DNA of 63,932 bases, the filler included, from Octopus bimaculoides (Eukaryota), in assembly GCF_001194135.2 (NCBI RefSeq). It is 4 parts of 4 records of this genome, joined end to end, with 100 filler letters (N's around TTAATTAATTAA, not from the genome) between each part and the next. Parts side by side here need not be neighbours in the genome. Positions count along the whole stretch, not along the records: positions 52,085 to 62,824 come from NC_068990.1; positions 62,925 to 63,932 come from NW_026340019.1; 2 more parts are not named here. One strand, written 5' to 3'. Positions within the stretch are counted from its first letter, which is position 1. Each line of letters begins with the position of its first letter. The position numbers were made by a program, and so were the translations under genes. This document shows positions 61,701-63,932 of this stretch, in pieces. Below the pieces are notes generated by a model. That model did not search any database and was not told where the DNA came from. It saw nothing but the letters and a program-made list of their open reading frames with translations.

Positions 61701-62344
61701 ACAGAGCACCAGATGTTCTCTTTTCAGAGGTACGACCTCACCCATACACACCATGCACCTCTAACACGTTTTTTTCACCCTTCGTTCTGATTTTGCATTT
61801 GTTCCTTTCTCGTTTCCAGTGCTATAGAACATTTTCCATTTTCGTTTGCGTTACCTTATGTTCGTCTAGTCTTAGAGTCGTACGGCCTTATTTTGTTTGT
61901 ATAATGTATAATTATTTCACCTTTGTATATCCACATTTTTTGTGCTTGTTTTCGTCACTGTCCCGTACGTTCGTGAGCTATTCTAAGCGGCTTTGCGCCG
62001 CTAATGCCACCAAAAGTGAAGGATACTATTAAAGGCGTGAAATTGCAATAATCTTTTGGACGATAACTGATGAGGAATTAACAACATCCTATGTGTGAAT
62101 TTAGGATGCGTTTCTATTTAGGCTTTGAAACACGCACAAACACACAAACACACACACACATTCACGTATATATTATCGATACAGAGGTGAAGACTTATAC
62201 AGAGGACTTTAAGTTTCTGTATCAAACATTCGATAATCGTTTCACGTCTTCAGCTGTGGAAGTCCGGTTGACACCATGGATTGTAAAAATATAGCCCCCT
62301 ATTTTCAACGAAATTTAGGAGTGCATATATTTTTGTATGTAAAA

Positions 62345-62628
62345 GGAAGATGGATTTAGTACCAATCCTTATTCAGCACGACTATCGTTTGGCCCATCCT
62401 GCATCTGTTCCACGGGGGTAAGATATTGTGCATCTAGATGTGTTTCATTAATCAGTGCAAACTGTGTAAATTGAGGTGCTTGGTGCAGAAAGAAATATCC
62501 CACTAGATATACAGAGTTCTCCTTGGCATGTTGTTCTTGCTAGCTGTACATTGATACCAATGTACAGATGCCGGATGGGTCGAAACGATCGTGTTGCTGA
62601 ATAAAGATTCGTACTAAATCTATCTTCC
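62345..62628. repeat. Inverted repeat with arms of about 64 bp (MITE-like or PLE pLTR-like)
   Basis: ggaagatggatttagtaccaatccttattcagca...cccatcctgcatctgt mirrors acagatgccggatggg...tgctgaataaagattcgtactaaatctatcttcc. Confidence 0.75.
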
Positions 62629-62989
62629 GTTTCCTTCATTAATTGCTAACAAAACAAACAGTGCGGATTTCCTGACGCACGGTTCAGTGAAAATTATATC
62701 GTTACTGTGGACGACATTAGGTAGCCCAAACGGTGAATGCGCTTTAATCGAAATACTAATAGACATATACCCAAAATCTAAGTAATTGCATATTCGAATA
62801 TATATATATATATATATATATATANNNNNNNNNNNNNNNNNNNNNNNNNNNNNNNNNNNNNNNNNNNNTTAATTAATTAANNNNNNNNNNNNNNNNNNNN
62901 NNNNNNNNNNNNNNNNNNNNNNNNATATATATACATATATATATATATACATACATATATATGCATATATACATATCTACTACATATGT

Positions 62990-63898
62990 GGAAATTTGTG
63001 GGTGTGTTTGTTTGTAGCGTTGTTATCTAACTCCTCCTACATCGTTTTATTGATTTTGATGAAACTTGACACATGAGTAGAACTCATGACTGGAAAACTC
63101 GAGACATACTTAGAGTGTTGAAAAAATCTATAATAGGGCCCCTGAAAGGAATTATGATATCTACTACATATAACTAATATATTATTTTTAAACATCCAAG
63201 AGAAATGACCCATTCGTTCCTGAAAGGGATCCTAATATATATAGCCAAGGGAAATAACCTATTCATGTTCGTAAATTATTTCGTATAAATCAAATTGAGT
63301 ATGTTTATTTCTTAGTATTTGAACTATTTGAGTTATTTTCGCAATTTATCCAGTACAACGCTTAAACAAGTAAATAGTATTTTCCTAAACAATAGATCCA
63401 CTTATTTCGGTTAGTGACTTATTCACAAATATACTAACACAAGCGCCGCTGAGGGTTAATATTCTCTGCCAATGCACAAGAGCTTTTTTCAGAGTTATTT
63501 ACTTTGAATTATTATTTCATATCTGATTAGCCTGTTATTACGTAACATGTTTCACGATTTTAGTATATATACCTTATTAGTATTTCCTCCTAAGTTCTAT
63601 ATAGTCTGGGAACATATTGAAGCCTTTTCGGGGCTACTTTATTTGAATTTTTACTATCGGGTAATTAATTTCATGTTATTACATAACTGACTTCGCAATC
63701 TGGGTATTCATAACTTATTGGGATTTCTTAAAAATAAGATCCTGTGTAAGACTGTTCGGAATTCTCGATAGATGCACAAAAATAGTTTTAAGGGCTACAT
63801 ACTTTGTATTGTTATTACTGGATTAGCGAAATAATTATTAGAACGGAACCAAAGGATAAGCCCCGCTTTCCCGGGAATTACTGGGTATGTCAGCTAGT
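62990..63898 (+). mobile_element. Non-autonomous Helitron-like element
   Basis: Ends in the hairpin cccgg-gaatta-ctggg then tatgtcagCTAG|T. The 5' part has gtttgtttg...gattttgatgaaacttgacacatg next to a microsatellite. Confidence 0.55.
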
Positions 63899-63932
63899 AT
63901 ATACATATATATACATATATATATATATATAT

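Noticed and set aside
61300-61760. Possible HDV-like ribozyme at RTE 5' ends (also 28100-28200)
   Set aside because: I could not fit the P1/P2/P3/L3 order by eye; an RNArobo or Infernal search would be needed.
62064-62095. ctgatgaggaattaacaacatcct
   Set aside because: No GAAA or stem III follows.

Overview
AT-rich, microsatellite-laden animal genomic DNA from a gapped scaffold. The repeat families and (TA)n/(TG)n content suggest an octopus or other coleoid cephalopod; this is inferred, not checked against a database. Two host genes are well supported. SUB1/PC4 (minus strand, four coding exons at 40283-36716, 114 aa) is spliced and so missed by the ORF track. A divergent UBIAD1-family prenyltransferase has a single coding exon on the plus strand (50442-51323). 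A third, unidentified minus-strand gene starts with a signal-peptide exon at 10823-10751. The rest is mostly decayed transposons: RTE, CR1-group, Dong/R4 and Tx1/L1 LINEs, Penelope elements, hAT, Tigger, Helitron, MITEs and several SINE families. Best leads: (i) four minimal type-I hammerhead ribozyme motifs from three families in the first 9 kb, two in a head-to-head palindrome; (ii) a Ser codon in PC4, in a UAG context, where one A-to-I edit would restore the conserved Gly of PG[KR]KGISL; (iii) a UBIAD1 copy with substitutions at otherwise conserved residues; (iv) a possible small secreted precursor with a KKKR site. Three N44-TTAATTAATTAA-N44 blocks are artificial scaffold joins, so adjacency across them is unproven. 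No rRNA, true tRNA or CRISPR array was found.
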